Positions 37,123-51,180 of a DNA stretch of 64,000 nucleotides are shown piece by piece. Every line of letters starts with the position of its first letter. Within the stretch, counting starts at the first letter, position 1. Source of the stretch: Camelus ferus (taxonomy: Eukaryota); the NCBI RefSeq assembly GCF_009834535.1, contig NC_045697.1, positions 106,208,001 through 106,272,000 of the forward strand. Direction: 5' to 3'. The position numbers and the translations under genes were made by a program. The notes below the pieces were generated by a model. It saw only the letters and a list, made by a program, of their open reading frames with translations. It was not told where the DNA came from and searched no databases.

Positions 37123-37884
37123 GGCAGAAAGCTAGCAATGCTGAGAAATTAAAAAAGGAAAATAAAGAAAGTGCTTCTAAGAGCAGTAGGCAGATTAGTT
37201 AAAATGAACCATCACAAAGGGCTACAGAATATATGAAGTATTCTTTTCCTTGTTATAGAAATGTAATCTGAATGCCCCAGGTATCGCCAACCTGTCAGCA
37301 TAAATGTAGTTCCATTAGCTTTAGTGCACAAATTTTAACTGCTCTTAATCCCACCTGAATGATCCTAAGACATCATGCTTTCCTCAAAGTCTTCCTCAGT
37401 TATATTAGAGTCTCCAAAATACATACCACATACCTGTGGACACAACTCATTCATGCTCTGCCACTTTGTCTCCTCAGTGGAAGTCTGCCCCACTTATATT
37501 TAGCCTGGACATCATTCCTACCCCATGTGCCCCAAGAGAACACCACTCTCTCAAGTGCCCCAAACTCACTTGTTGCTCTACTGCGCACAGCAACTCTCTG
37601 TCACTATGATGCTGTGGGGTCCCAGGCTGCCCTGAGCTCTGTGATGAAGCAGAGCTAAGGATGGAATGGCTCACTAACCCACTCCGGGCTGGTGCTTTTT
37701 CACCTGTGCCCAGAACAGTCAGCTTTGATCCAAATCTTTCACATTATTCATGAACAGTTATTTCTGTTCTTGGGCATAAACCTTCTATACTCAACATCTC
37801 AAATCCATCTATTAGTTGGACAATAAGAGGTGAGAGAGGATAGTCTGTCACCTTCATTTTGCTCTCTGTCATCTTTCTTAGTAT

Positions 37885-38015
37885 CTATGCATTAAAAAGA
37901 AGAAGAGAAGGAAAAGCAGGAGAACCAGAAAAAGAAGGAAAGAAGGAAGGACGAGGGAAAGAGGGTAGATGGGTAGATGGAGGGATAGAGGGATGGTGGG
38001 AGGGAGGGAAGAAGA
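37885..38015. repeat. Purine-rich (GA/GGA) low-complexity tract
   Basis: aagaaggaaagaaggaagg…gggagggaagaag. Confidence 0.8.
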
Positions 38016-38929
38016 ATTTTAAAAAAATCTCCCCTCATTTTTCTCATCATGAAAATAATTACTGTACAATGCTCACAATTCCAATAATGAGTAACTCAGT
38101 TTCAATTCTGGAGACAAAAAAAATTATCCTACTTTTTGTAATTGTTTAATTCTATTAAAATATAAGGTTTTAGTTTAAAATGCATTCACATATCTGAATT
38201 GTAGAGTCTCTAAGTCAGTTGACACTTTAAACCATTACTTGACTAAGTTTGTTCCAAAAATAAGCTATTACTTAAATATCTTTAACAACAACAACATAAG
38301 TGGCTTCACTGGATTACCTGGGTGCGGCTGAGACAAACACCCAATTTAACTGCCTCCATTTTCCAATTAGGAGATAAAAATAACAGTTCCCAAACACATC
38401 AGTCAGGTTACACTGCTGCCCTCCTCTGCCACTACAGAGTCCTCACTTTGTTCTCCAGACTGATGGGCCTGGAGAGTCTGAGAGACTGGGGTACTGCCAG
38501 GAATCAGTACACATGAACTCTCTAGGCTGTAAAAAATGTTGGAGGCTGAGGTGGAGGGTCACTGGGCAAGGATCAGACCACCACCCCTTATTCTGAGAGA
38601 GTTGAGACCAAGAGTGATAAGAACCTTGGAAACAAAGAGCTGACTATTTCAAAGAACGAATGTTGATATTGATATTGTTTTTGTCAATTGAACATATTTG
38701 TAAAGCACTGGAAATAGGAAATTCCATGACAAAATATCTTATGGCAGTATTATAAATATATAAACTGAATATGAAGGATTAATAACCAGAACCATTAAAG
38801 GATCATCCTGGCATACTTTTTATTTTCATTATTTCCTACACATTTTGCTTATTGCTAAATGTTATATTCTATTTTAAAGAAATCATGTATTATAAAGATT
38901 TATAAGTAATCAATTCTACTATTTTTTAT

Positions 38930-39059
38930 TTACTTACTTTTTGTGGGGGGAGATAATTAGGTTTACATATTCATTTATTTAGAGAAGGTACTGAGGATTG
39001 AACTCAGGACCTTACGGATGCTAAGCAACCACTCTACCACTTGAGCTATACTCTCCCCT
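38930..39059 (-). mobile_element. Camelid tRNA-derived SINE (Vic-1-like) with 18-bp TSD
   Basis: Minus strand reads ggggagagtatagctcaagtggtagag (A box)…gtcctgagttcaatcctcagtacc (B box)…aacctaattatctcccccc. TSD AATTCTACTATTTTTTAT at 38912-38929 and 39060-39077. Confidence 0.9.
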
Positions 39060-39439
39060 AATTCTACTATTTTTTATAACCTCCCATAAAAGTAATGACA
39101 CATATGTTAAGCTATGGGACATTTACAGATCAGCACAGCAAGGGGAATTCTAGTTACATGCCAAAGTACTTTCCTATCTGACTCCTGGAATTACGATCTC
39201 AGCAAGAACTAGATTATAGCAGTGATACCAGACTGAGAAAGGAATCACTAGATCAGCTTACTATAAACAGATCATGATTATCACTCCCATCAAGTAGGCA
39301 CTAAACTAAGCATGACTTGGCCACACCAATCAAAGCAGATATAATAGTTCAGTCCTTCCCCCAGAATAAGAAGAAAAAAGGACATGAAGTGACTAAAATT
39401 TAAGATGTGTTGCTTTGTATAAAACATGCATTCTTCTGT

Positions 39440-39783
39440 TGTTATGGACCGAATGTTTCTGTCTCCCCTCAAGCTCGTATGTTGAAGCCCTAATCCCCAG
39501 TGTTATGGTTTTAGGAGGTGGGGCCTTTGGGAGGTAACTGGATTGAGATGATGTCATGGAGGTGAAGCTCCCATGATGGAATTAGTCTTCTTATTAGAAG
39601 CTGAGATGAGAGCATCCTCTCACACCAAGTGAGGATACAGTAAGAAGGTGGCCGTCACTAGGAACCAAATCTACTGTACTTTGATCTTTGGCTCCCCAGC
39701 CTCTAGAATTGTGAGGAATAAATGTCTGTTGTTTAAACGTCCAGTATATGGTATTTTATTATGGCAGCCCAAGCTGACAAAGA
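39440..39783 (+). mobile_element. MaLR solo LTR (MLT1A-like)
   Basis: 'tgttatggaccgaatgtttctgtc…tatgttgaagccctaatccccagtg…aataaatgtctgttgtttaa…atggcagcccaagctgac'. Confidence 0.85.
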
Positions 39784-40899
39784 AACTAGATTTATTGGTG
39801 AAATAAATCTGTATTTTTAATTTCAATGCATTTGTCTTCAGAAACTATTACAAACAATAATTTCTTGGATGTAAGCTGGCAGCTACCAGTTTTTAAAATT
39901 CATTATATGCAGCACTAACAGAACGAGGCCCCACAGAGGACTCTGCACACTAGTTACCATTCTGTTTTATTTTTATTTTAACAATAAGAATAATGCTTCT
40001 TTTTAATATTAAACATTTGTTCTGATTAAACAGTCCATTTCTGCTGACTCATAACAGACCCTGGCCTGGTACTGTTTATTAACTTTCCTATGAACATATT
40101 GTTTACAGCAGGTGTCTGATTAACATAACTGGTCACTGAAGGCTCATTGTTGGCCACGGAGGAGAGTAGCTTTCCCTGGCAGCAGGGCCAGCTCCTTTAT
40201 CACCTCATGTATTTGTATCCTGATCAGATTTAATCCTCTCCTAACTTTCCCTTTTGTTGGGTGACTCATACTTGGCTGGCTATGCAAGTGTGTCCTAAGT
40301 TCACCAGATGAGAGCAGAAAACCACTTGAATATGCCGAATAGATGTGGCCTCAGGATACATTACAGCTGTTTTCACCTTGAAAATCTGAAAAAAACACCA
40401 TACAAACTAAATAAATATAAGAACAACAAAATGTCCTTTTCGAATCTGGTAAACAAAGGTGATGTTGGTATGAGGCCAGGGCCAGACCATCTTCAATATC
40501 TATGAAGTGACACATTCACAGTAAATCTACAAGAGATGTCCATGTTTAAAATTATATCTCCGAACAAATCAAACAGAATACTCATGAATAAGAAAGTATA
40601 ACCTGGGTATTACTCGAGGATCTCCACAGGCTTGCCTGGAAAAGGGTTTTGGAAAGTTCTGAGAAAAGCAGACTTTTTCTGAAGGATAACTTCCCTTCTC
40701 GGCCCCAAGACAAGACATAAGGCAACTGAATTGTCAACTTTTTATCATCTCTAGGACTAAAAAGGCGTATGTTATCTTTTGCAATTTTTCCTACTCCACC
40801 AATTTTAGAGGAAAGTAGGAAAGATTTTCATTTCATGTCTCTCACCTTAGTACTGTCATCTGTCCTTCACTCTGCTGTGGCTGGCGACACCATCTCTTC

Positions 40900-41370
40900 T
40901 CTCCTTTCTGTATACAAGGTTCTAGTCTATGACCTGGATCACCGCAGGGAATAGGGAAGAAAAGAACCCTGCCATATTGGAATCAACGGCCACGGGAAGA
41001 GATGAACGATAAACAAACCAGTATTTGTGTAATATAACATCACATAATGATAAATGAAGGAAAATAAATATTAAAGAGATCGAGGAGGATAGAGAGCAGA
41101 GGACGTTTCAGGGAGGAAAGTCAGGAAAAGCTTTTCTGAGCAAATGATATTTCAGCAGAGATGTGAGTCAAACTCTTGCAAAGTGACCCATAAGGAAAGA
41201 AAATTCTACATAGAAGAAACAGCAAGTGCAAAGAATTTAGTGTATTCAAAAGAGTAAAAGTCATCAGCCTGATTGGAGTAGAGTAAGCAGGAGGCAGGTG
41301 GTAGGACCTGAGGTCAGAAAGGTAGAAAATGTATTTCTTGGGTGTTTGAAGTTTATTCTACATGTGATAG
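40900..41370 (-). mobile_element. L2 fragment
   Basis: 'gtcaggaaaagcttttctgagcaaatgatatttcagcagaga…aacagcaagtgcaaag…gaggtcagaaaggtag'. Confidence 0.65.
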
Positions 41371-41544
41371 GAAGGAACTGGAGAACTTTTAAATTTTACT
41401 TTAAAGTATTTCAGACATACACGAAAGAAATAAAGGAGAAAATGAGCACTGCATACGCAGCATCTAATTTAAGAAACATTACAGAAATTGAATCTCCTTC
41501 ATACCCCCACAGCAACAAAAAAAAATAAAAAATAAGAAATAAGT

Positions 41545-41722
41545 CTATCAAGCAAGATGAATAGAAATAGAAATGTCTATTAAGCAAGATGAGTAAGTTC
41601 TAGAATCTGCTGTAGCATGCTGTGCCTATATTCAACAATACTGTATTGTACATTTAAAATTTTGTTAACAGGACAGATTTCTTGGGAAGTGTTCCTACTA
41701 CAATATAAAATGAAATAAAAAG
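41545..41722 (+). mobile_element. L1MA/MB-like extreme 3' end
   Basis: 'aagcaagatgagtaagttctagaatctgctgt…caacaatactgtattgtacatttaaaattttgttaac…aataaaa'. Confidence 0.75.
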
Positions 41723-42185
41723 GAAATAATTCTAACAAGAATTTACATGATCTTTATGAAGAAAAATTAAGAAAGTCACTAAAAAACAAAGTATGTAAAT
41801 ATAAAATATATGATGCAAAAATACATCTTCTAATTTTTATGAAATATAAAAATATAAAGATTAAATAGATAACCTATTGACAGACAGAAAGATTTAATAT
41901 CAAAAAGAAGTCAATTCTCTATAAACTATTTCAATATTAACTGCATTTTTAATGGAGCTAAAAAAATTAATTCTCAGATTTATATGAAAGTGAAAAAATT
42001 CAAGAAGATCCAAAGGGAAAAAAAAGTAGTGGAACTTTCCCTGCCAGACATGGGTCTTATAAAGCTATACCAACTGGGGTATTGGTGTGGGGAAACACTA
42101 AGAGATAAAAGAAATAGAAATGAATATCCAGAAACAGACCCAGATGTAGGTGGAAATTTGATATATGGTGGAAACAGCATATCAT
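41723..42185 (+). mobile_element. Old L1 ORF2 fragment
   Basis: ORF 41984-42328 begins with degenerate ORF2 (LSLPDMGLIKLYQLGYWC…RNEYPETDP…GNLIY). Confidence 0.65.
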
Positions 42186-42799
42186 CCCCCTTATTTTTTC
42201 CTCTTTTTCTTCCACTCCAGACCCATAACTTTATATGGAGCTCAGATTTAACTGTGCTGGAGAGCTCTCTCTTTATGCAAATATCTCATTATTTCATCAG
42301 GAGCTTCCAGAAGTTTCATTTAGGATAAATTCAGCAGCATTTCTGACCGTTGGATTATTAAGATGGAAGTTTTAGTCTCATACTCATTTTTTTGAATGCT
42401 AGATTCTTACCTGTATCAATAGCTCCTCTTCTCCATAACTGACTGGGGTTCCCTTACATGCCTAAACAAGCAGTTTCTTCCTTAGTGGAAAAAAAGGAAG
42501 TAATCATTATTCTGAACTTAGCTGTTTTCCTTTACCACTCATGTCTTTATGCTTTACTGCATATATGTATTCTTAAATAATTAAAATACCATTTTGAATA
42601 CCCAGAATTTTTACATAAAGCATGTGCCCTTTTGAAACTTTTCCTCATAATTTCTTCAAAAAATATTTACCCATGTTGATACAAATAGCATTAGTTCACT
42701 TCCTGAGTGGTTTTTATCATATATTTACTGATTCTTTTTATAGGTCTGAAGTATTTCATAATAGGTCTTAAAAAGAAAAAAAGTATAGAAAGTAAAGAA

Positions 42800-43860
42800 G
42801 CAGACATGCTAAGAAGATTTAATATTTTGAGGAGTTGTTTATAAAGGAGAGCAAAGAAATGGAAAGGCAATTGAAGAAGTAAGAAACAAAAGATTACATG
42901 GCATCTATAGAGGGTGTTTATAAGATGGAAAATTTCTCAGTATATTGTATGCTCTTGAGATACAGTCCAGAAGAGAAGAAATAAATAATGGAGGTGAGAT
43001 AGGAAATAATCTGGAGTAAAGAAAGTGAACAGAGGAGTAAAATCCTTGAGTAAGTCCCAGACAATGTGATACTGTCAACAAGAAGGGATGAACAGGGAGA
43101 TTCATTGCATCCATTGCAAGAGGAAGAGAAGCAGGCTCTGAAGCTGAAGATGCTGGAAGGTTGACAGATTGAGAGGTAGGAAGATAAGATCATCTTTTCT
43201 AATATTGTCTGCTATACCCATTTCATTAGAAATAAAAGTCATCAGCAGAAAGGAGGAAGACGAGATGTTTAAAGTCTGAGGAAGGCCAAGATCATGTGTA
43301 ATATTAATCGGAGAGAGAAGACTGAATTAACTTGAAATGTGGACTAAAACTGCTTGTCAATTCTGAGGGTCCACTTGACATCTGTGATCAGAAAGTGAAA
43401 GTGAAATAAATCTGCCTAGTTATGTTTTTCTCCAGCCATGCCATGTTTATCTGCATGAATTAGGCAGAAAGTTGGTTTTACTGTTGTTTTTATTAGATTC
43501 AGCCTGTTGGAAAATAAATCAGAAGAGGGTAAGGAAGTAAAAATGTATGCAGGGATACCATGGAATGAATCTAAGTTCAGTAAGGAGAATGGTAAAAAAA
43601 AAAAAAAAATCTCAGGGGTTACTAATATCATAAATATATAAAGTTAATGGGTTGAATGTCCCCAGGGGGGTGCAAATTTATTGAAGGGGGAGAAGAGCTA
43701 GAAAAATATGAGGAGGTGACCAGAAAGTAAGAGGCTTAAAAGAAAAATGAAAGATGTTACTGCTAATGACAAAATCTAGTTACAACCAAGGAAGTAATGA
43801 AGCAGCTATTGGAATACAATTGTTAGAAATGAATACTCTAAAAATGAGAGCTCGAGAAGC
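42800..43860 (-). mobile_element. Old L2 (L2c/d-like) internal fragment
   Basis: Purine-rich L2-like sequence, e.g. 'ttttgaggagttgtttataaaggagagcaaagaaatgg' and 'aagtcatcagcagaaagg'. Confidence 0.5.
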
Positions 43861-44826
43861 ACTGAAAACAAGCATCTCCAGAAGACTGAGAACACAAGAC
43901 AGCTGGAAGTAAACAGAAAAATAGTTTCTCAAGGTACTTTAACTGCTGTGTCCTGCAAATGCTGTGTTAGGGAGCTAGTTATCCCCTGCAGACTAACTGT
44001 TCAAAATACGGTAATGGGTAATAGCCCTCCTTGTCTTTCACTGTAACCAAAACACAATGGAGAACATGGTATTAGAAGTCTTTCAAACAATGATTTGCTC
44101 TCGGTACCTACAGAAAATACTAAAGTTTGGCATTAGCAAGAGCTATGTAGTAGTTACACTAGTAATCATCTTATCCCTGAAAAGAAGAACTACTCCTTAT
44201 TCTATGCAATAATCAGATTTTTTTCCAAGGGCAGAGTAAGAGTTATCTGCTAGAAATTAGTTAGCTGACATGGGGCATTAATGCAAAACAGGGTTTCTCA
44301 TTCTGTTCCTGGCTACAGCCGCCCAGAACTGAGGTTTACCTGCATGGCACATGCACAAAGGCTGTACTTGGATGGAGCTTCCAACACTCAAGCCACAGTT
44401 CCCTCCTCTCTCTCCTCAACAAATACTATGGAATTCCAGCAAATGAAAGTTACGTTATAGGGATTGTCTTGTAATCCATTCAAATTCATTTCTTACTTTA
44501 AAAATCCGGGGACATTAACTTCCTTAGAATCAAAAGATTTGGAACTCACTTATAACTTATTTAGATGCATGAACATGTTATGAGATCTTGGGTAAGAGCC
44601 ACTAATTTAAGTGATTGTTTAATATTAAATGTGAATCTCAATGCTAGAAAATATGCATAATAGGTGTACAGTCAATTTTGTGTCTTCTCTGATTGGTACT
44701 ATGAATTAAACTCCACAGAATAATAAAGAAAAAGAGAATGTTATGGTATCTGCCTTTCTTCTAGGCAGTTATTAGTGCTGATGAGAGCTACTAACTATAA
44801 TATACATGCTATACAACTACGTTTAT

Positions 44827-44969
44827 GGGGCAAGGGTATATAGCTCAAGTGGTAGAGTGCATGCTTAACATGCACAAGGTCCTGGGTTCAATCCCCAATA
44901 CCTCTATTAAAAAACTAATTAAATAGAACTAATTACCTCCCCCCTCAAAAAACTAAAAAAAAAAAAAAA
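44827..44969 (+). mobile_element. Camelid tRNA-derived SINE (Vic-1-like)
   Basis: ggggcaagggtatatagctcaagtggtagagtgcatgctt…gtcctgggttcaatcccc…ctaattacctcccccc followed by a poly(A) tail. Confidence 0.9.
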
Positions 44970-46999
44970 GTGCTTATATGTGTGTTCTTGTGTCTGCCTC
45001 AAAGCATTATAAGTACATACAAGGATGTATATGTAAATCAAGTCCTCTATATTTAAATTGCTAAACAAATCAGTTAAAAGGATGTTTGGCCCCTCATCAT
45101 GCTAATAAATATATATATATATAGGCATTGGTAGATAAAGAATCATTGGCAGGAATACTTCTAAAGAATAGAAATTCAAGAATTTTATGGTAGGATCATG
45201 AGATATTTACCTTAAAATTCCTCAAAAACTATGCCTTAAAAGAAGCTTACTCTGTAAACACTTTGCATAACAGGCCAATATGGCTCTGGTTAAAAAAAAA
45301 AACAACAAAAAAAACCCCCTGCATCTACATAACAGTATTGCCATGCTGATTTCAATGTGGTAACAGTCACAGAATTTTAAATTCTGGAAACAGAAATGCC
45401 CAAATGAAGCTCTCGTGGGCTTGTGACAGCAGAGGTAAACTTTTAGTAAACAATCCGTTAGCATTAACTTTTGGCATCTAATTTGGCAGCATCCCTAAAG
45501 AGGCTTGGTTTCAGGAATCTGAATCATAAGCTTTCATTTCAACACCACTTATAACATATCAGCACAATAGACTTCACAGCACTGGAGCATCATGGTGCCT
45601 TACCAAGCAGAGCATAATTCCTTTTAAAAGCTTGATTCAGAAATGCTAGAAGATGTTCATTCCTAAAGGTGACTTAAGAAGTGAACTGAGTAAGAACTGC
45701 AAGACTTATTTGACTGTAAATGGCTGAAAACTACTTTAAGTCCTTTGTAAGTTTTTACTTCACTATGGGAATTAACAGGACTCTGGATAAAATGAAATGC
45801 CAGAAAAAAATAGAGCTCTTTAATTCTGTTTACAATGTTGGAATAGCTATACTATATCATAAAGTTTTGCATTTCATAAGCACTTCTGATGAAATATTTT
45901 ATATCAATAATTCTTTCATTTATCAGAGACTTGCATAGCAAAGTTGTTCTCACCAGGGAGTTTATATTCCTGATATTATAGTAATTCAATCATATAAAAC
46001 AAAGACCTGCTGGTGGATCTCTGCATGTTAGGAGTGCTGGGTGTGTAATCTTAATAAACAGTGATCTAACAAAAGAAGCCGAAAGCCTTGCTCTCTAACA
46101 GACTTATGAAAGTAATTATACCTTTATTGAACTTAACACCACTCTCAGACCCCTGCTGTTCCTGCTGTTTCTTAAAGATGGTTATTTTCTACTTAAAGAA
46201 AACAGACAGGCTTTAGAAGAATGGCTGGTGTTAAGTAATATTACACAATTTAATCAGATTCTCTGTGCAGCTTATATAACAATGATACAACTATTTCAAC
46301 CCAAGTAATAAAGACCCAAAGATTTAAAAAAACCCAGTATGGCTAATTAGAGGAACTTAATAACTGCAGTAACAACTCATGTGACTGCAGGATAGGAAAG
46401 AGGAGAAAGGGGAACGTCTTCCACTGGCAACAACCATTCCCAGGGCGTATCATTAACATAGGCTTTCACAGGCTTTGCACAACCATGGCTAGAGTGAAAG
46501 AGGGCATTAACGGTGTTAAATAATGTAAGATGAGACAAAATGTCAAGAACTATCTTTAAAAAGTGTTAGGGAGAAAGCAGGTGGAATTTTAGGAGCAGCT
46601 GCTTGTATTAGGTAGCTGAAGCAAGGTGATGATAGACAGATCTTTTGGGGTTGCTCTTTGTCCCTAGGGTTTGGTATCTAGTTTATTCAGGGGTATTCAA
46701 GCTCTAGGGAGAAGTGTTTAAATAGCTCCTACTGTTACAAAACTGATTTATATCCAAAATCTAATTTGCATTGTACATTTGGAAGCATCCATTTCCGGTA
46801 GGCAGATGACAGGTGAACAAGAAACCCAAAATAAGAAGAATCCTATATGGAAAGGCAACCACAGTCAACTAGATCTCAATGAATGATCTGGTATCTTTCA
46901 GTCAGCAGTTTTAGTAACATCATGCCCCTCCCCAGTTACCCACCCAGCAGACACATACTCTCCTCTATTCAGTGTTACCAGCATCCCTGAAAATTCTAA

Positions 47000-47305
47000 T
47001 TTGCTTTGCACACAATCCTTTATGCATTAAACTCTTGTCTTTTTTGTTATTAATCTAGTTAGCACAATGACTGATTCAAGTCTTAAATACTCTAACTTTC
47101 CCTGATTTCCAAACTTAAGACATAATTAGTATCTGTATCATCTCTGTACTTGATACATATTTGAATGTATAAACATTTACAACATTGTATTTATCTAGTT
47201 ATACATGTGCCTGTCCCCGCAGTTATTGTGGGGACTCTAAGACTTTTGAACCACATTAAATTTCACAGAGCATACTAAATGCTCGAAAGATGTTTGTTGA
47301 ATATA
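47000..47305 (+). mobile_element. L2 3' fragment
   Basis: Ends 'cacagagcatactaaatgctcgaaagatgtttgttgaat'. Confidence 0.5.
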
Positions 47306-47959
47306 TTTGCAAGAACACTTTTATAAAAAATATTCTGGATTGTCTCAGTCAGGGAAGGCATCCATACAATATGCTCTAATGTATTTCCTTTCACTTCATG
47401 ACATACCAGAAATTATCAACCAGAGAAAAGAATGTTCTTTTACTTCTCACATGGATGAAAGTAGTAGACAATATCTATCAAAACACCAGAAAAAAGGTGA
47501 CATACTGCTACACAAGGGTTATAGACATCACTAACAAACCTTTATATCTTTGCAATGCATAGTAAGAGTCTATAGATTCATAAGACCTGAATAGTAAACC
47601 CATCAGAGTAGGTGGGACAAACATCAAACTCTCTCAAGTTACCCAGCGTTGCATAACCCAAAAACTTTAAATGCTGCTTTAAAAAAAAAAAAAAAAAAAC
47701 TTCATGGCAGTACAATTTAGGGGACTCCTTTCATTAATGAAGTGGAGGTGATACTAGAAGGACTATTATCATTATTCAGTCATCAGCAGAAGTATCAGAT
47801 ATTCCTAATACTGGCCACCTGCCTAAATCATCTTTATTGCTTCATTTCTGATAATCTGATTTTGTTCCAAGAGTTATACTCATATAACTACATTTTTGAG
47901 CATTTCGTCTTCCTCTAGTGAACGAATGTAGACCTATAGGTCATAGGCTCTACTGAACT

Positions 47960-50900
47960 GGATCCTGACAAGGGTCAGAAGACTTGACCAATGTCAATAT
48001 GCCTAAAATGAGAATTATTTTCTCCACATATAAAGCCATCAAAGGAAGCTAAACTGATTTGAAGAGGTGAGAAAAAATCAAAACCAACTGGCATTAACAG
48101 TATAAATAACACACTTGATAAGAAATAAATGGACAGAAGCTGCAGCTCTGCAAGCCTGAGTTTCAGTCTCAGTTGGGGGCAACCACAGGACAACTGCAAA
48201 TTTAATAGGTTCTGAAAATAAGAAGGCAATAGAAAGATTTGATAATCTCTACACACATCCCAAGCTAACCAGGAAACAATGGTAATGAACAGAAAAAACC
48301 CAAGAGTGCCAGCGGAAAGTAAAATATGAGGCAGACATAAAATTGAACATTGAATGTGCTCCCAAATCCACACACAGATGGTGGAGACCTCAGGGGCTCA
48401 AGGTGTTTTGAGTAAAACATCTGGCCAATCATTGGCTGAGAACTAAGTTATACAGATACAAAGATGATCTGTTTGAACCGCCCCCCAAAGAATTAAAACA
48501 ATAACTGAGCAGAAAAATGAATAGCCAAACATCATGGAGAGGAGATCAGATTCCACATATTAAGTCCAGACAATTACTAATAAATAAACCCTTGGAGTGG
48601 GGAAGGTCAGAATCCATAGTTGCAAAAACATATTAACTAAAATGTCCAGTGTTCAACAATTATAAAAAAAAAAAAAAAGAAACACTCAAAAAACAGGAAA
48701 GTGTGACCTATCCTCAGGGAAGAAAAAGTCAATGAAAATTGAATGGACTCAAATTCTAGATTTAGCAGACAAAAAGACCTCAAAATGCTATTATAAATAT
48801 GCTTAAATATTTAAAATAAATTATACTTAAAGAATTAAAGGAAAATATGACAATTACTCAAAAATAAGAATTATCAAGAGAAATAAAATCTATAAAAAGT
48901 AACTAAAAGATTCCAGAGATGAAAAATACAATAATGGAATGAAAAATTCACAAAATAGTCTAGGTAATGTACTTGAGAAGAGAGAAGGGAGAAATAGTGA
49001 GGTTGAAAGTAGATCAATAACTATTATCTACTTCTAAGAATGGAACAAATGAATTAAAAAAAAATTAAACATAGCCTCAGAAACTTCTGGGATAATATTA
49101 AACAGACTAATATAAATATAAGAGAGTCCTAGACGAAAAGAAGAGAGAGAAAAAAACACAAAACAATTTGGCTGAAAAATTGCCAAATTTGATTTAAAAA
49201 ACACATTTAAAGATCCAAGAGGTTCAATGAGCCCCAAGTATAATAAAAATTGATTCACACCTAGACACACCATACCCAAAGTGCTGAAAGACAAAGACAA
49301 AGAGTTAACCTTGAAACCATAAAATGACAAACACCTTATCATATATAGGAGAACAAAAATAAGATTTATGACTGATGTCCCATCAGAACCAATGGTGACC
49401 AGGAGCCAGTGGAAGAATACATTCAAAGTACTGAAAAATAAAATTGTCAATCAAGAAATCTCTATCCAGAAAAACTATCCTTCAAAAAAAATTAAAGTGG
49501 TAAAGACATTTCCAGATTTAAAAAGATTATGAGAAATTACTGTTAGAAGACCTGCTCAAAGGAAAAGACACCAGATGTTAATTCCTATCCAAAGATGTAA
49601 TGAAAAGCAAAGGAGGTGGTAAATGTATTCAAATATTTATATATATACACACACACATATATATATACACACAAGTGTATATATTTAATATAAAAAAACT
49701 ATAAAATATTTTTCACATTCCTTTTTAACCCCCTTAAAACCACCTGATTATATAAAATCATAATTTTAAAACAGCATTGCTAGGTTTATAAACTTTATAT
49801 ATGCAATGCATATGATGATAAGAGCACAGAGGAGGAGAGATGACATGGAACTATACTGAAACAAAGTTGGTGTACTTAACTGGAAATTATTTAGTATTAA
49901 TCTGAACAATACTGTGATAAGTTAGGAAGTATACTGCAATCCATAGAGCAGCCACTAAGAAAATAATTTTTAAAATACAGTTTAAAAATTCACAGTGTAG
50001 TTACAATAGTACAGTAAAAATATTTGTAAAAAATACAAAAGAAGGCAGTAAAGGAGGAACAAAGGAACAACAGAGACACATAAACCATACAATAAACAAA
50101 TAGCAAAATGGCAAACGTAACTCCAACCACATCAATCATAGCATCAAATGTGAATGGACTACAGACTCCAATCAAATGACAGGCTTGTCAAACTATATTA
50201 TAAAAAAGCAAGATCAAACTCCATGCTGCCTATAGAAGAAACACCGTATATTAAAACATGCAAACAGATTAAACTAAAATTGACTATAGACCTAAAAGAG
50301 CTAAATCATAAAACTTCTAGGGAAAAAATAGAAGAAAATATTTATCTTTTAAGAGGCAAAGATTTCTAAACTATGACAGCAAGAGCCTACTCTAGAAAAG
50401 AAAAAAATTGATGAATTAAACTTTATAAACATTTGAAACTACTGTGCTTCAGATATCATTTTAAAAATGAAAATATATTCCATTGACAGGGAGAAAATAT
50501 TTGCAAATTGCGTATCTGATAAAGAGTTTGAATCCAGAATATATAAAGAACTCCAATAATTCAATAATAAGAAAACAAAGCTTTGAAGTAAAACAATACA
50601 CAAAAGTTTTGAATAGACAGTTTTCAAAAGATAGTATATGAATATCTAATAAGAACATGAAAAAATGCTCAATATTATTAGTTTTGTAGGGAAGTGAAAA
50701 TTAAAACAACAAAGAGATGTTTATGGCAGCATTATTCATAACCAAAAGGTAGAAACAACCCAAATATCTACCAACTGATGAATAAACAAAATGTGATATA
50801 TGCATAATGGAATATTATTCAGTAATAAGAAGGAATGAAGTACTGATACATGCCACATCACTAATGAACCTGAAAAACATGTTATGTGCAAGAAGTCAGC

Positions 50901-51180
50901 CACAATATACACATATTGTATCATCCTATTTATGTGAAATTTCTAGAAATGGCAATTCTATAGACATATATAGCAGATCAGTAGTTATCTGGGACTGGGG
51001 GTAACAGTAGGGACTGACTGAAAATGGACTTAACAGAACATTTCAGGTTATAGAAATCTTTAAAACCTGTTGTGCTTATGGTTTCACAAAATTATAAATT
51101 TGCCAAAAGTCATTTAACTGTACACTCACAATGAGTGAATTTTTTAATATGTAGACTAACCTAAAAGAGACCTTTAAAAA
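47960..51180 (+). mobile_element. Old L1 (L1M4/L1MB-like): 5' region, ORF1, start of ORF2, internal deletion, ORF2 end and 3' UTR
   Basis: ORF1-like about 48750-49560 ('cacacctagacacaccatacccaaagtgctgaaag', 'ccagaaaaactatccttcaaaa'). Endonuclease start 'aatgtgaatggactacagactccaatcaaatgacag' at about 50146 jumps to the C-terminal 'tagacctaaa…aaaacttctagg' at about 50285. 3'UTR at 50720-51170. Confidence 0.85.

Noticed and set aside
44827..44900. tRNA-like sequences with A and B boxes (also 38985-39059)
   Set aside because: They are SINE heads with SINE tails and poly(A)/TSD, without a full cloverleaf acceptor stem; not tRNA genes.
49034..51004. Several 60-138-aa ORFs
   Set aside because: All lie within a decayed L1 (sense remnants or antisense readings).
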